Shown one piece after another: positions 52,501 through 62,361 of a DNA stretch of 64,000 nucleotides. Location of the stretch: positions 288,001-352,000 of the forward strand of contig CAVPOM010000006.1 of the NCBI GenBank assembly GCA_963707025.1. Reading direction: 5' to 3'. The position numbers were made by a program, and so were the translations under genes. The notes under the pieces are model-generated. The model had not been told where the DNA came from. It worked only from the letters and a program-made list of their open reading frames with translations, and ran no database searches. Numbering within the stretch: the stretch's first letter is position 1; the number at the start of each line of letters is the position of its first letter. Source of the stretch: an uncultured Verrucomicrobiae bacterium. GTDB lineage: Bacteria > Verrucomicrobiota > Verrucomicrobiia > Limisphaerales > Palsa-1400.

Positions 52501-52742
52501 GCGGACAAGTAGAGCATGGTGTCGAAGCCGGTCATCTTCTGCTCGATAATCTGGGTCACGCTGTTTTCAACCGTCTCGGCCGAGGCTCCCGGATAAAACG
52601 CGGTGATGGCGATGGAAGGAGGAGCGATGGGAGGGTACTGCGAGATGGGCAGGGTATGGATGGCCAGGCCGCCCGCCACCATCAGGATGATGGCGATGAC
52701 CCAGGCGAAGACCGGACGCTTCAGGAAAAATCTCGATAACAT
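49569..52742 (-). CDS. RND efflux permease (AcrB/MexB family)
   Basis: RPVFAWV, LAIGLLVDDAIVVVEN, KNAILIV, RLRPIIMTS. Confidence 0.96.
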   Translation of the reverse strand: MLSRFFLKRPVFAWVIAIILMVAGGLAIHTLPISQYPPIAPPSIAITAFYPGASAETVENSVTQIIEQKMTGFDTMLYLSATSDSSGNARVELTFAPGTNPDLAWAQVQNKLQLATASLPEVVQRQGVTVSKSTRNYLLVIGLISEDGSMDGNDLRDYAQSSLEKVLSRVPGVGEVDEFGSQYAMRIWLNPDKLTEYNMTIEDVIVALQAYNVEVSAGQFGGAPAEKGQRLNASIIVQSLLKTPGEFAAIPIRTNPDGSVVRIKDVGRTELGTESYDIEGFYNGKPAAGMAIRQAAGANALGTADAIRAKMEELSHFFPPGMKVVYPYDTTPFVRVAIGEVVKTLFEAIGLVFLVMYLFMGNLRATLIPTIAVPVVLLGTFAVLGFFGFSINMLTMFAMVLAIGLLVDDAIVVVENVERIMSEEGLSPLEATRKSMDQITSALIGIGLVLSAVFGPMAFFSGSTGVIYRQFSVTISAAMLLSVLVALVLTPVLCASFLKPVPKGHEPAEAGVWFLRPFFRWFDRVFFRARDRYLRLVGLSLSTTFPFLIFFLLIVGALAYGFHRMPTAYLPDEDQGVLLVQAMLPANSTLEQTQQVMDHVNDFFVNQEKNSVESCFTVSGMSLSGQGQNAGLAFVDLKDWKLRNRPELKVDAVAGRAMADFSQIRNAMVFAFAPPAVVELGLAKGFDFQLLDRGGLSHAGLLAARNQLLGLAAQDPVLTKVRPNGFEDVPEYRVDVDWEKAGALGTPISDIHNTISAAFGSAYVNDFIQGGRVKRVFVQADAAYRMLPKDLEQLYVRNNAGRMVPFSSFASGHWTAGSPRLERFNGFPSINIVGEAAPGRSSGESMQAMEDFVKKLPHGVGFDWNGLSYQERQAGAQTAPIYAFSILVIFLCLAALYESWPIPISILLALPLGVIGGVIGTSLRGLPNDIYFQIGLLTTLGLTTKNAILIVQFAKSRVDEGMGLIPATLQAAKLRLRPIIMTSLAFGFGVLPLAFAAGAGGGAQKAIGTAVLGGVVTSTFLVTLFAPLFYVLIQKTLGKPVPPPAAQGLASTPPGHP

Positions 52743-52752
52743 GGCGGCTCCG

Positions 52753-53947
52753 TCAATTCGAGGCTGGGGCGGGCTGGGCCGCGTTGCCTGGTTTTGCCTC
52801 CGGTGGCGGAGCGTCCTGGAAAGGGACCTCTTTCACCACGACGCCGGGCTGAACTTTTTGCATGCCCTCGGCGATAACCCGGTCGCCGGGCGCCAGGCCT
52901 GAGGAGACAAGCCATTGGCCGCCAACGGCCCGGTCCAGGGTGAGCATCCGTTGCTCCACTTTGCCGGCGGCGTCCACGATCAGGGCGAGGGGATTGCCCT
53001 TTGCATCGCGCGACACGGCCTGCTGGGGAATCAAAATACCCTGCTCATTGACGCCTTCATTGACCACCGCGCGCACGAACATGCCCGGCAGGAGAACCCC
53101 GTGCGGATTAGGGAAAACCATGCGCACGATGACGGAGGCGGTGGTGGGATCAACCGGAGACGTCGCGGAATTGAAGGGTCCCCTGCAAAGGATACTTGGT
53201 GCCGTCTTCGAGGATGAGATCCACCTGGTTGGCGTTCGTCCCATCACGATTGATCCGCTTTTCCTCCAGGCGGCGCTGCCATCGCAGCAGTGCGGTGGTG
53301 GATTGGGGCACGTCCACATAGATGGGGTCCAGTTGCTGAATGGTGGCCAGGGCGGTGGGTTGATAAGCGGTCGCGATGGCGCCATCCGTCACGGAGGATA
53401 TTCCAATCCTTCCGGAGATGGGTGAGACCACCCGGGTGTATCCCAGGTTAATGCGGGCTGTCTCCAACATCGCCTGGTAATAGGCCATGTCAGCGACGGC
53501 CTGTTTGAGGGCGGCCGTGGCATCATCCAGGTCCTGCTGCGCGACCGCTTTGTCGGCCAGGGCTTGCTTGTAGCGATCCGCTTTCAACTGCAGGGCGGGC
53601 AAATTGGCTTCCGCCCGGCCCAGAGCGGCCTGGGCATTGTCGAGCGCCGCCTGGAAGGGCGCGGGATCTATTTGGTAAAGCGTCTGCCCGGCCTGGACAT
53701 CCGAACCTTCGGTAAAGAGGCGTTTCTGGATGAGGCCGTTGACCTGCGGGCGGATCTCGGCAATGCGATAGGGCGAGGTGCGCCCCGGCAACTCGGTGGT
53801 CAGCGCCACCCGTTGCCGGCCCACCGGGACGGTCGCCACTTCCGCCACAGGGGGGGGTGGAGCCTGGACCGGGCGATTGCAGGCAGCGGCCAGCAGGCCG
53901 AGGGCCGCGGCCGGCGCGCCCAGACGAAAACAACTTGCAATTCTCAT
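52753..53947 (-). CDS. RND periplasmic adaptor (AcrA/MexA family), apparent frameshift at ~53156
   Basis: AEIRPQVNG, SPISGRIG; removing one base restores DVSVDPTT; LLPGMFV. Confidence 0.88.
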
Positions 53948-53996
53948 ATTATCCTTACCGGTGAACATTTGCTAACTTAATGGACAGGGCCGCGCC

Positions 53997-54686
53997 TTAC
54001 GATTGAAAAAACAGGGCCAGGGCGCCGGGATTGTAATAAGCGGCCAGGGCCTGGTCCGTCAGCCCCATGCCGCGCAGGACGAACCAGACAGACTGGCCGA
54101 GCAGCTTTTCGCGGGAAACCCGGTAATTGATGGCCGGTCTGGGGGGCAGATGCACCAGGGCCATCCAGGCTCCGACATGATAGGCGAAGCGGGCGCGGTT
54201 ACCCGGGGTGAGCGGGCTATTGACCGCCTCCCCCGCGGCGACGGCGGCCTCCAGGCACGCTTCCATGCGCGCGCAGTAACCATCGAAGCGGCTGCGATAG
54301 ACCAGCCGGGCGAAGGCCCCGTCTTCCAGCAGGCTCCGCAGCATGAGGCGGTGGCGCGTGTCCCAGGCGATCATCCCGACCGGCTGGCCCAGGAGCAGGG
54401 CGCGCATGAAAAAATAGACCAGATAAACGAGGGTGGAGGAGGAGGGTTTGAGGCCGGCCAGTTTTTGCGCGACTGGATCGTTGTCCTGACAACTGAATTT
54501 CAGGATGGCGCGGTAGAGGGCCTGCTTGCCGGGAAAATGTTTATAGAGGAGGGGCTGGGAAACGCCGGCGGCCAGGGCCAGGTCCTTGGTGGTGGTCCGG
54601 GCATAACCCTGGCGGGCGAACAGCGGCAAAGCCGCCGCCACAATCGCCCGCTTCCGGTGCTCCGCCGTCATGCGCCGCCGTTTCAT
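53997..54686 (-). CDS. TetR family regulator
   Basis: 'LFARQGYARTTTKDLALAAGVSQPLLYKHFPGK'. Confidence 0.92.
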   Translation of the reverse strand: MKRRRMTAEHRKRAIVAAALPLFARQGYARTTTKDLALAAGVSQPLLYKHFPGKQALYRAILKFSCQDNDPVAQKLAGLKPSSSTLVYLVYFFMRALLLGQPVGMIAWDTRHRLMLRSLLEDGAFARLVYRSRFDGYCARMEACLEAAVAAGEAVNSPLTPGNRARFAYHVGAWMALVHLPPRPAINYRVSREKLLGQSVWFVLRGMGLTDQALAAYYNPGALALFFQS

Positions 54687-54771
54687 TGGCGGCAAAGTTA
54701 GTGTTCACTAACCAAAAGTCAATGTGTTTCTTCCACCGCTGCCGCCGGCCGGTTTGGCACGGGCCGGGAAA

Positions 54772-54882
54772 GGTAGGGTCCCGGCAGGCCGGGACTGCCC
54801 GCCGTTGGGCTTTGGCAGAGGAATGAATCTCGCCCGACCGTCGTGCGGCGGGTCCCGATAATTCGGGACCCGCCCTGCCACC
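54772..54882. repeat. REP-like family B pair with nested palindrome GCGGGTCCCGA-TAAT-TCGGGACCCGC
   Basis: Read directly; palindrome at 54848-54873. Confidence 0.75.
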
Positions 54883-54911
54883 CAGGACTGACGCATGGCG
54901 CGCCGCGCTCC

Positions 54912-55352
54912 TTATCTGCCCGCCAGATAAGATTGCATCTGGTCAATGGCGGCGCTTTGCGCGGAAATGATCCAGTTCACCATGTCGCCGATGGAAACGA
55001 ACCCAACCATTTTGCCTCCGTCAATGACCGGCAAATGGCGGATGCGTTTTTCCGTCATCAAGCGCATGGCGTCTTCGATGGTGTGTTGGGAAGTGACGGC
55101 GACGACCGCGGTGGAAATGATTTCCCGCACGGCGGTGGCGCGGGAGGATTTGCCTTCCAGGGCGATTTTGCGGGTGTAATCACGCTCGGAAAAAATGCCG
55201 ATGAGCCGGTCGCCCTCCATGACCGGGAGGGCGCCGATGTTTTTTTCCGCCAGGAATTGAATGGCTTCAAAGACGGTGGCACTGGCGGCAATGGTCCAGA
55301 CGGTGGAACCTTTGTGGTGCAGGAGCGTGCCGATCGTGCCGTTGGTTATCAT
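54912..55352 (-). CDS. CBS domain pair protein
   Basis: NIGALPV, GIFSERDY, RIRHLPV, VSIGD. Confidence 0.93.
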   Translation of the reverse strand: MITNGTIGTLLHHKGSTVWTIAASATVFEAIQFLAEKNIGALPVMEGDRLIGIFSERDYTRKIALEGKSSRATAVREIISTAVVAVTSQHTIEDAMRLMTEKRIRHLPVIDGGKMVGFVSIGDMVNWIISAQSAAIDQMQSYLAGR

Positions 55353-55456
55353 GTTGATAAGCAAGTTATGCCATGCCACCTGGCTCATGCCAAGCAGAAA
55401 ATTTGGGGGGCGTGATGCGTCCGTGAAGGAGTGCGCCCGTCCTCGGGGAATGGCGC

Positions 55457-55804
55457 TTAAATAAGACCTAAAACTTTCTTACCCAGCCTCTTACGACGCG
55501 GGGGATGCGGGATGGTTTCAAACAAGACCTGACGGCTCAAGCGTTGCATGGCTTTGATGGTGGCTTGCACCTCCCGCCACTCGGCAATGGCGTCATGGAG
55601 CCACTCATATTGTTCTTTGGAGAGAGCGACACTGACCGTTTTGCCTTTGACCTTGCGGGTCCACTGATAACAAGGGCCGCCTGCTCCGGGGCCGCGGTCT
55701 TGCACGTAGCCCTCGCTGATCCAGCCGGTTCTGGCCAGCCGGTCGCGTAATTGGGCGTATTGGGCCTGCCATTGGGCTGGCCGGGTTGTTTTGTGAGTCG
55801 GCAT
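55457..55804 (-). CDS. DUF6788-like IS passenger protein
   Basis: 'GPCYQWTRKVKGKTVSVALS.EQ...AIAEWR'; stop codon lies inside the left TIR. Confidence 0.8.
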   Translation of the reverse strand: MPTHKTTRPAQWQAQYAQLRDRLARTGWISEGYVQDRGPGAGGPCYQWTRKVKGKTVSVALSKEQYEWLHDAIAEWREVQATIKAMQRLSRQVLFETIPHPPRRKRLGKKVLGLI

Positions 55805-55829
55805 AAAGAAAAGAGTAGCAGACGTGTCA

Positions 55830-55855
55830 ATAAGGCGGTATATATACCGCCTTAT
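55830..55855. promoter_or_regulatory. Perfect 26-bp palindrome between the divergent IS genes
   Basis: ATAAGGCGGTATATATACCGCCTTAT is its own reverse complement and overlaps the transposase ATG. Confidence 0.85.
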
Positions 55856-57342
55856 GCCCGACACCCCCTTCTTCCCGGCCTGGCGGCCCCGTCTGGCGGC
55901 GGCGGGCCGCCGCTGTGCCCACAGCCTGGCGCGCCTCCGTCACGCCACCTTGAGTCAGATCGAGGACCGCCTGGCTCCCGCCTTGCCCACCGACCTCCTG
56001 CGAAAACCGGCCGCCGGCGACTACTCCCGCGAGCAGGTTTACACTCTGGTTCGCACCTGGTGGTGCTGGGTCTGGCCAGTCTTCCAAGCCAACACTTCCT
56101 GCCGCCACGTCGTCCTTCAGGTGCAGGCCCTGCTGGCCTTGGTCCAAGGCCCGGAACCGGAGCCGGACAGCAGCGCCTATTGCCAGGCCCGCGCCAAACT
56201 CCCCCTGGCCTTGCTGGAGCAAGCCTTCGCGGCCAGCGCCGACAGCGCCGAAAAGCGCGCCCCGGCCAGTACGCTGCTACAGGGCCGCCCGTTGAAAGCG
56301 GTCAATGGCAGCGGCACCCACCTGCCCGACACCCCGGCCAATCGGGCGGCCTTTCCCCCCAGCCAAAGCCTGCAGCCCGGCGGCGGCTTTCCCCACCTGC
56401 GCGTGGTGGCTCTGTTCTCCGCCGCCAGCGGCGCCCTTTTGGCCAAAGCCACCGGCAGCCTGCGCTCCTCCGAACTGGCTCTGTTTCTCCACGGCTTGCG
56501 CTCGGCTTTGCACCCCGGCGACATCCTCTTGGGCGACCGCGCCTATGGGGTTTATATTATCGCCGCCGTCCTCCAACTCCTGGGCGTGGATTTGCTCGCG
56601 CGGGTCTCCGTGCGCAACCGCAAGGTGGATTTCCGCCAGGCCCGCCAACGCCTGGGTCACTGGGACGCGCTCTTTACCTGGTCCAAACCCGGCCGGCCTT
56701 CGCCCCTGCTTTCGTTCCTGGAATGGCTCGGACTGCCGCCGCAGATCACGGTGCGGGTGCTGCGCGCGCGCCTGAGCCGGGCCAGGCTTCCGCACCCGCC
56801 ACCTGACCCTGGTCACGACCCTGTTGGATGCGGCGCTTTTTCCAGCGGAGGAACTGGCGGCCGCTTATGCCCGGCGCTGGCGCATGGAACTGTGCCTGGA
56901 CGATCTCAAAACCACCCTGGGCATGCAGAGCCTGCATTGCCTCTGTCCCCGCATGGTGGAGAAAGAACTCCTGCTCTTCCTCACCGCCCATAATTTCCTG
57001 CGCTGGATCATGGCCGAAGCCGCGCAAAGCCAGAACGTGGACTTGGATCGGATCAGTTTCAAAGGCAGCCTGGACGCCTTCCGGCAATGGACGCAGGCAC
57101 TGGCACAACTCGGACACGCCCGGAACAAAGGGGGACGGCGCCGCCAATTATGGCAGCGGCTGCTCCGAAGGCTGGCGACCGATCTGGTGCCCAGGCGTCC
57201 GGGAAGAGCGGAGCCGCGCGCTGTCAAGAAACGATCCAAATACCCCCATTTGAACAAATCGCGGCATCAATACCGCCAGCCCTGGAGCCGCAATAAACGC
57301 CGCCGTCTGGCCCGGGCCAAAAGAAAGGCTTCCCTTATTTAA
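55854..57342 (+). pseudogene. IS4-family DDE transposase with frameshift (~56780) and D-to-N at the first catalytic position
   Basis: SAYCQARAKLP, VNGS (usually VDG), GDRAY, YARRWRMELCLDDLK, RAEPRAVK. Confidence 0.8.
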
Positions 57343-57571
57343 GCGCCATTCCCCGTCCCCGGGCGCAGCATCAGGCACAGCCACGGCGGCTTCGGGATGT
57401 GCCGGGCGCGGCGGAAGTCCAGACGTTGCTGCGCCCGGGGACGGGCGCACTCCGCCGATGTCCCTGCCGTCATTGCCGCATTACGGGGGCGGCAAGTTCT
57501 GGGTTTAAGGGTTGGTTTTTGCGGGAGTTGCGGATACGATGGCGCCTCGGTTGGCCGGCCGCTGGCTGGAA

Positions 57572-57609
57572 GTTGGTGATTTTGAACCTTGAACTTGAAT
57601 TTTGAACTC
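57572..57609. repeat. 6/7-bp array (TTGAAC-like) overlapping the methyltransferase start
   Basis: ttgaacc ttgaac ttgaatt ttgaact. Confidence 0.65.
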
Positions 57610-58810
57610 GCCCCCATTGCCCACTGTGATCGTTCGCCCGGGCGATGCCAACCGCGTCCTGGCCGGACATCCCTGGATTTACGCCGCCTCCATTCTCCGC
57701 CTGACCGCGCCCGCCGCCGATGGCGACTTGGTGCAAATCAAGGATCATCGCCAGCGCTTCCTTGGCGTCGGCTTCTACAATGCCAAATCCAAAATCCAGG
57801 TGCGCGTGCTCGCGCCGGAGCGGGTGGAGGTCAATCGCGACTTTTTTATCGGGCGCATCCGGGCGGCGCTGGCGCTGCGCCAGAAACATCTTCCCCAAGC
57901 CGCCGCCTTTCGCGTGGTCAACGCCGAAAGCGATTTTCTCAGCGGCCTGATTGTGGACAAATACGCCGATGTCCTCGTCGTGCAGATTTCCTCCCTCGGC
58001 ATGGACCGGCGCAAGGGGCTGATCGTGGAAGCCCTGCAAAGCATTTTTTCGCCGCGCGCCATCGTGGAAAAGAGCGAGGCCTCGTTCCGCAAATTTGAGG
58101 GCCTGGCGGAAAGCAACGGCCTTCTGGCCGGGGCGCTCGACGGCCCCGTGGCGGTGGCGGTCAACGGTCTGCAATTCGAGGTGGACATCATGGCCGGCCA
58201 CAAAACCGGCCTCTATTTGGATCAGCAAATGAACTACCGGGTCGTCGCCGCCCTGGCCGGCGGATGTCAAGTGTTGGATTGTTTCAGCTTCGTCGGCGGC
58301 TTTGCCCTGCACTGTGCGCGGGGCGGCGCGGCCCAGGTCCACGGCCTGGATCAAAGCCCGGAGGCGGCCGCCGCCGCCCAGCGCCACGCCCAGCGCAACG
58401 GGCTGGCGGAAAAATGCAGTTTTGAAGCCGCCAACGTCTTCGACTGGCTCAAAGCGCAAACCGCCGTCAGGCCGCACGAAAAAGTCATCCCCAAATTTGA
58501 CCTGATCATTCTGGATCCGCCCAGCTTCACCCGCACCCGCGCCGCCATCCCCGACGCCATGCGCGGCTACAAGGAAATCCATTTGCGCGCCCTGAAATTG
58601 TTGCGGGCGGGGGGTGTGCTGGCGACCTTTTGCTGTTCCCACCATGTGGATGCCGTCATGTTCGAGGCGATTATCATGGAAGCCGCCTATGACGCCCGCC
58701 ACATCCTGCGCCGCATCGCCTCCTGCAGCCAGTCGCCCGACCACCCCATCCTGCCGGCGGTTAAGGAAACCGAATACCTCAAAGGGTTCATTTACGAACT
58801 GGCCCGCTAA
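57602..58810 (+). CDS. Class I SAM-dependent rRNA methyltransferase (RlmI-like)
   Basis: GHPWIY PUA domain, KTGLYLDQ, DLIILDPPSF, DHP..ETEYLK. Confidence 0.9.
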   Translation: MNSPPLPTVIVRPGDANRVLAGHPWIYAASILRLTAPAADGDLVQIKDHRQRFLGVGFYNAKSKIQVRVLAPERVEVNRDFFIGRIRAALALRQKHLPQAAAFRVVNAESDFLSGLIVDKYADVLVVQISSLGMDRRKGLIVEALQSIFSPRAIVEKSEASFRKFEGLAESNGLLAGALDGPVAVAVNGLQFEVDIMAGHKTGLYLDQQMNYRVVAALAGGCQVLDCFSFVGGFALHCARGGAAQVHGLDQSPEAAAAAQRHAQRNGLAEKCSFEAANVFDWLKAQTAVRPHEKVIPKFDLIILDPPSFTRTRAAIPDAMRGYKEIHLRALKLLRAGGVLATFCCSHHVDAVMFEAIIMEAAYDARHILRRIASCSQSPDHPILPAVKETEYLKGFIYELAR

Positions 58811-60258
58811 TCCGGGGCCAGCTTGACCACGGCGGCGGTGGCGGAGGGGACCTGGACTGCGAAGACGCTGTTGGCCCGATCGGCAACGGGGGCGGGCGGC
58901 AGAGGGGTCCAGGAGCAGGGCCAGCTTCCGTCGGCCTGGATGGGCGCGCCGCCCAGCGTCACGCCCGCAGTAGCGGCGATGTCATGGCTGGTGGCAGTCA
59001 AGAAGAGCACCTGGCCGTGGCGGAAGGCTGCTGAATTTTGGGTTATGACCACGGTGGCGCCGCGGGCGGCGGCGCCGTGTTCCTTGTTGATGATGGTGAG
59101 ATAAAGGTTTTTGTCGCCGCCCAACACGGCGCCGGCGCTCAGGTTGAGAGAGTCCGGGTTGGTCAGCGCCGCCGGCAGGAGCCGTCCCTGGCTGCCCAGG
59201 GCGAAGGCCTTGATGGCGTAGCCGAGCGGACGGACCTCGCAGCCGTTGGGCGTGGAAAAAAATGCGGTGTATTTCGACGGCAGCAGTTGGCTGCCGGCGG
59301 CCACGCGGTCGCCGGTGTGAAAATTGAGGCCTGCCAGGCCGCGTTCGGCCCACCACCACATAAAATCCAAACCCCACAAGGCGGAGGCGAAGGTGTTGCT
59401 GACGTTGGTCGCGCCGCCGTTGAAATAATTGTTCACTTCCTCCAGGCGGCAGGGCAGGCCGTTGGAAACGGCCATCGGGACAAAGCCGTCATGGAGTTTT
59501 TGATAAACCTTGACGAAGCCTTCGGCCAGCATCCGGTCCCGCCCCTCTTCCGGGGTCGGGACTTTGCCGCCCGCGCCTCCGGGATAGAGATGTTCGGTGA
59601 TGAGCGCCACCTGGCTGCCGTGCCCGAAGTCGGCCATGAAGCGCCGCGCCCAATCGGCATTATTATGCACGCCCGGGCCGCAAAACTTCGCGCCGGGCGC
59701 GGCGGCGCTGATGGCGGCGGCAAACTTTCCCCAGTCGTCACGATAATTGGCATAGGAATAGCCGTTGCCGTAGGCGCTGGGTTCCTGGCCTATGGAAAAG
59801 CAGTCCAGGAAGGGCGCGTAATGATCCTGGAGGTAGCGCGCCGTTGTGGCGTCCTCCTGCGGATCGCCCTGGTGCAGGCGCAAACAGTAGATCACCTTCA
59901 CCCCAGCCACTTTGGCGAAGGCGAACAGGCTGTCGAGATCGGCCTGGCCGGGCAGTTGTTTGACGTTGCGATCCGAGGTGTTGCCGCCAATGCGCAGGTT
60001 CCGGATGTTGAGGGTGTGGAACAAGTTGACGAGGGCCGGGCGGTCGGGGCGGAAATAACGCCTTCCGTCCGCGCCCGGCAGCAACAGGGAAGCCTCAAAG
60101 CTCAATCCCGAAAAATCCGCCGGGATGGCCGCGCCGGGATTTTTTATGTCCACGGAAATGGTGACCGGCGACTGGGCGTGGAGCAGGGAGTGGAAGAGGA
60201 GAGCGCAGGCCAGCAGGGCGGCGGTCCGGGGTGGCGCGGGCATCGGCAAGGATTTCAT
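58807..60258 (-). CDS. Secreted GH79-like glycoside hydrolase
   Basis: FSGLSFE, LRIGGNTSD, IGQEP, SNTFASALWGLDF. Confidence 0.8.
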   Translation of the reverse strand: MKSLPMPAPPRTAALLACALLFHSLLHAQSPVTISVDIKNPGAAIPADFSGLSFEASLLLPGADGRRYFRPDRPALVNLFHTLNIRNLRIGGNTSDRNVKQLPGQADLDSLFAFAKVAGVKVIYCLRLHQGDPQEDATTARYLQDHYAPFLDCFSIGQEPSAYGNGYSYANYRDDWGKFAAAISAAAPGAKFCGPGVHNNADWARRFMADFGHGSQVALITEHLYPGGAGGKVPTPEEGRDRMLAEGFVKVYQKLHDGFVPMAVSNGLPCRLEEVNNYFNGGATNVSNTFASALWGLDFMWWWAERGLAGLNFHTGDRVAAGSQLLPSKYTAFFSTPNGCEVRPLGYAIKAFALGSQGRLLPAALTNPDSLNLSAGAVLGGDKNLYLTIINKEHGAAARGATVVITQNSAAFRHGQVLFLTATSHDIAATAGVTLGGAPIQADGSWPCSWTPLPPAPVADRANSVFAVQVPSATAAVVKLAPD

Positions 60259-60395
60259 GTTTGGAAGCTTGCCGCAAAATGCCGGCGGGGGCCATCGTAC
60301 AAATGTTCGATAGCCGGAGAGGCAGACTTTGTTTATGGTTTGCGGCAAATCCCGGAGATTGAAGTTGAGGCTTCTGCAAAACTCGATCTGGATTT

Positions 60396-60465
60396 TGCAG
60401 CGGCGGTCTGTCCCCGCCGCATTTCCGGCCGTTTTGGTTTGCGGCGGTCACAGACCGCCGCTGCA
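60396..60465. repeat. Inverted pair of REP-like family A
   Basis: tgcagcggcggtctgtccccgccgc ... gcggcggtcacagaccgccgctgca. Confidence 0.85.
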
Positions 60466-60477
60466 GCAATTGCAAAA

Positions 60478-62361
60478 ATGAATGCCTTGATTGCCCGCAG
60501 GCCGCGGTCGCGGCCATTTCTGGCCGCCGCCTGCTTGCTGGCCAGCGGGCCGGCTGGTTTTTTCAGCGCGGCGCCAGCGCAGACGACGGAGGAGGCGGCG
60601 CCGGCGCCGGAGTTCGCCATGCCGGGCAAGGACAGCCCGGAGTCGGCCTGGTGGCGCGATTCGATGAAGACGCACGACGAGCGGATGGAGTGGTGGCGGG
60701 AGGCGCGCTTCGGCATGTTCATGCACTGGGGCGTTTATTCCAGCCTGGGCAACGAATACAAGGGCCGCAAGGGCGGGACTTACGCCGAACATATCATGCG
60801 GATTTTGAAGATTCCCATCGCGGAATATCGCGCGGAAGTGGCCGGCCATTTCTTTCCCAGCAACTTCGACGCCGACACCTGGGTCAGCCTGGCGAAACAG
60901 GCGGGGATGGGCTACATTGTCATCACCGCCAAGCATCACGACGGTCTGGCCATGTGGCCGACCAAGGTCAACGATTACAACGTGATGGACGCCACCCCGT
61001 GGCATCATGATCCCATGAAGGACTTGAAGGCGGCCTGCCAGAGACAGGGATTGAAGTTCGGCTTCTATTATTCGGCGGCGATGGACTGGGGCAATTCCAA
61101 CGCGCCCGGCAACAACTGGGAGCTGCACAATCCGTCCGCGAACAACTGGTGGGAAACGCAGCCGCAGTTCGAGGCCAGGGCCAGGAAATACGTCGAGGAA
61201 AAGGCCATTCCCCAAGTGCTGGAGCTGATTCGCAATTACGACCCGGATATTCTTTGGTTCGATGTCCCCTCCCATCTGCCGCCGGCGGACAATTACCGCA
61301 TCATGAAAGCCGTGCGCCAGGCCTCTCCGCGCGTGGTCATCAACGGACGGCTGGTGCGCGGCTGGGGCGATTACGATTCGACCACCGACCGCCCGGCGGA
61401 ATTCCCGCCGCACGCGGGCGATTGGGAAGGCATTCCCACGACCGACGAATCCTACGGCTGGAACAAGTTCGACCATTCGCACAAGCCGCCCTCGCACTTC
61501 ATCCAGTTGCTGGCCAAGGCGGCGGCGCGCGGGGGGAATATCCTCATGAATGTCGGGCCGATGGGCGACGGCAATATTGACCCGAAGGATGTGTCCATCC
61601 TCCAGGGCATCGGCGATTGGTGGCAGGTCAACGGGGATTCCATCTGCGGCACAACCCGCACGCCGCTGGCGGTGCAGGCGTGGGGCGAATCCACGCGCAA
61701 AGGCAGCACGCTTTACCTGCACGTTTTCAACTGGCCTGCCAACGGGCAGTTGGTCGTGGGCGGGTTGAAGTCCGGGGTGAGGGACGCCTGGTTGCTCGCG
61801 GACAAAGTGATCCAGAACCCGCCCGCTTCACATCCATTGCGCGCCGCCCGCTTGAACCCCCTGGATGTCGGCCTCACCGTGCCGGCGGAGGCGCCGGACA
61901 AAGTGGATTCGGTGGTGGTGCTGGAATGCGAGGGCGACATTGAGACGGACACCAATCTCTTGCTGCAACCGGCGCTTGCCGTCAATACGCTGCGCACATT
62001 CGATGGCGAACTGCGCGGCCGGGAACTCAAGTTTGGCCCGGGCAAAAAGACCGACGCCTGCGTGGAGAATTGGAAGCAAACCAATGAATTCGTGGCGTGG
62101 CCGGCGCGGCTGGCGGCGCCGGCGAGTTTTAACGTCAGTGTGCTTTACGACGCGCCAGCCGCCTCGGCGGGCGGAACCTTCGCGGTCAACTTCGGCCGGC
62201 AGAGCCTGACGGGGACGGTCCTCGCGGGCACGAATGTGTCTGCGGCGCTCGGTCGTGTCCGGTTGGAAGCGGGCACGTTTGAGATACGATGGCAGCCCGG
62301 AACGATCCAGGGCGGGGAATTGATGCGCCCGCGCAGTTTGGTTTTAACGCCGGCCCATTGA
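60478..62361 (+). CDS. Alpha-L-fucosidase (GH29)
   Basis: WWREARFGMFMHWG, TAKHHDG, ILWFD, GGNILMNVGP. Confidence 0.93.
   Translation: MNALIARRPRSRPFLAAACLLASGPAGFFSAAPAQTTEEAAPAPEFAMPGKDSPESAWWRDSMKTHDERMEWWREARFGMFMHWGVYSSLGNEYKGRKGGTYAEHIMRILKIPIAEYRAEVAGHFFPSNFDADTWVSLAKQAGMGYIVITAKHHDGLAMWPTKVNDYNVMDATPWHHDPMKDLKAACQRQGLKFGFYYSAAMDWGNSNAPGNNWELHNPSANNWWETQPQFEARARKYVEEKAIPQVLELIRNYDPDILWFDVPSHLPPADNYRIMKAVRQASPRVVINGRLVRGWGDYDSTTDRPAEFPPHAGDWEGIPTTDESYGWNKFDHSHKPPSHFIQLLAKAAARGGNILMNVGPMGDGNIDPKDVSILQGIGDWWQVNGDSICGTTRTPLAVQAWGESTRKGSTLYLHVFNWPANGQLVVGGLKSGVRDAWLLADKVIQNPPASHPLRAARLNPLDVGLTVPAEAPDKVDSVVVLECEGDIETDTNLLLQPALAVNTLRTFDGELRGRELKFGPGKKTDACVENWKQTNEFVAWPARLAAPASFNVSVLYDAPAASAGGTFAVNFGRQSLTGTVLAGTNVSAALGRVRLEAGTFEIRWQPGTIQGGELMRPRSLVLTPAH

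Larger units (their letters stand above)
55448..57351. mobile_element. IS4-family insertion sequence with passenger gene
   Basis: Perfect 18-bp TIR GAATGGCGCTTAAATAAG; 12-bp target duplication CCCGTCC(T/C)CGGG at 55436-55447 and 57352-57363. Confidence 0.92.

Noticed and set aside
55360..55395. Sigma-54 promoter for the CBS gene
   Set aside because: Several TGGCA motifs are present but none gives GG-N10-GC spacing
59038..60477. 1107-aa version of the fucosidase
   Set aside because: The extension is antisense to the GH79-like gene; the signal peptide begins at 60478
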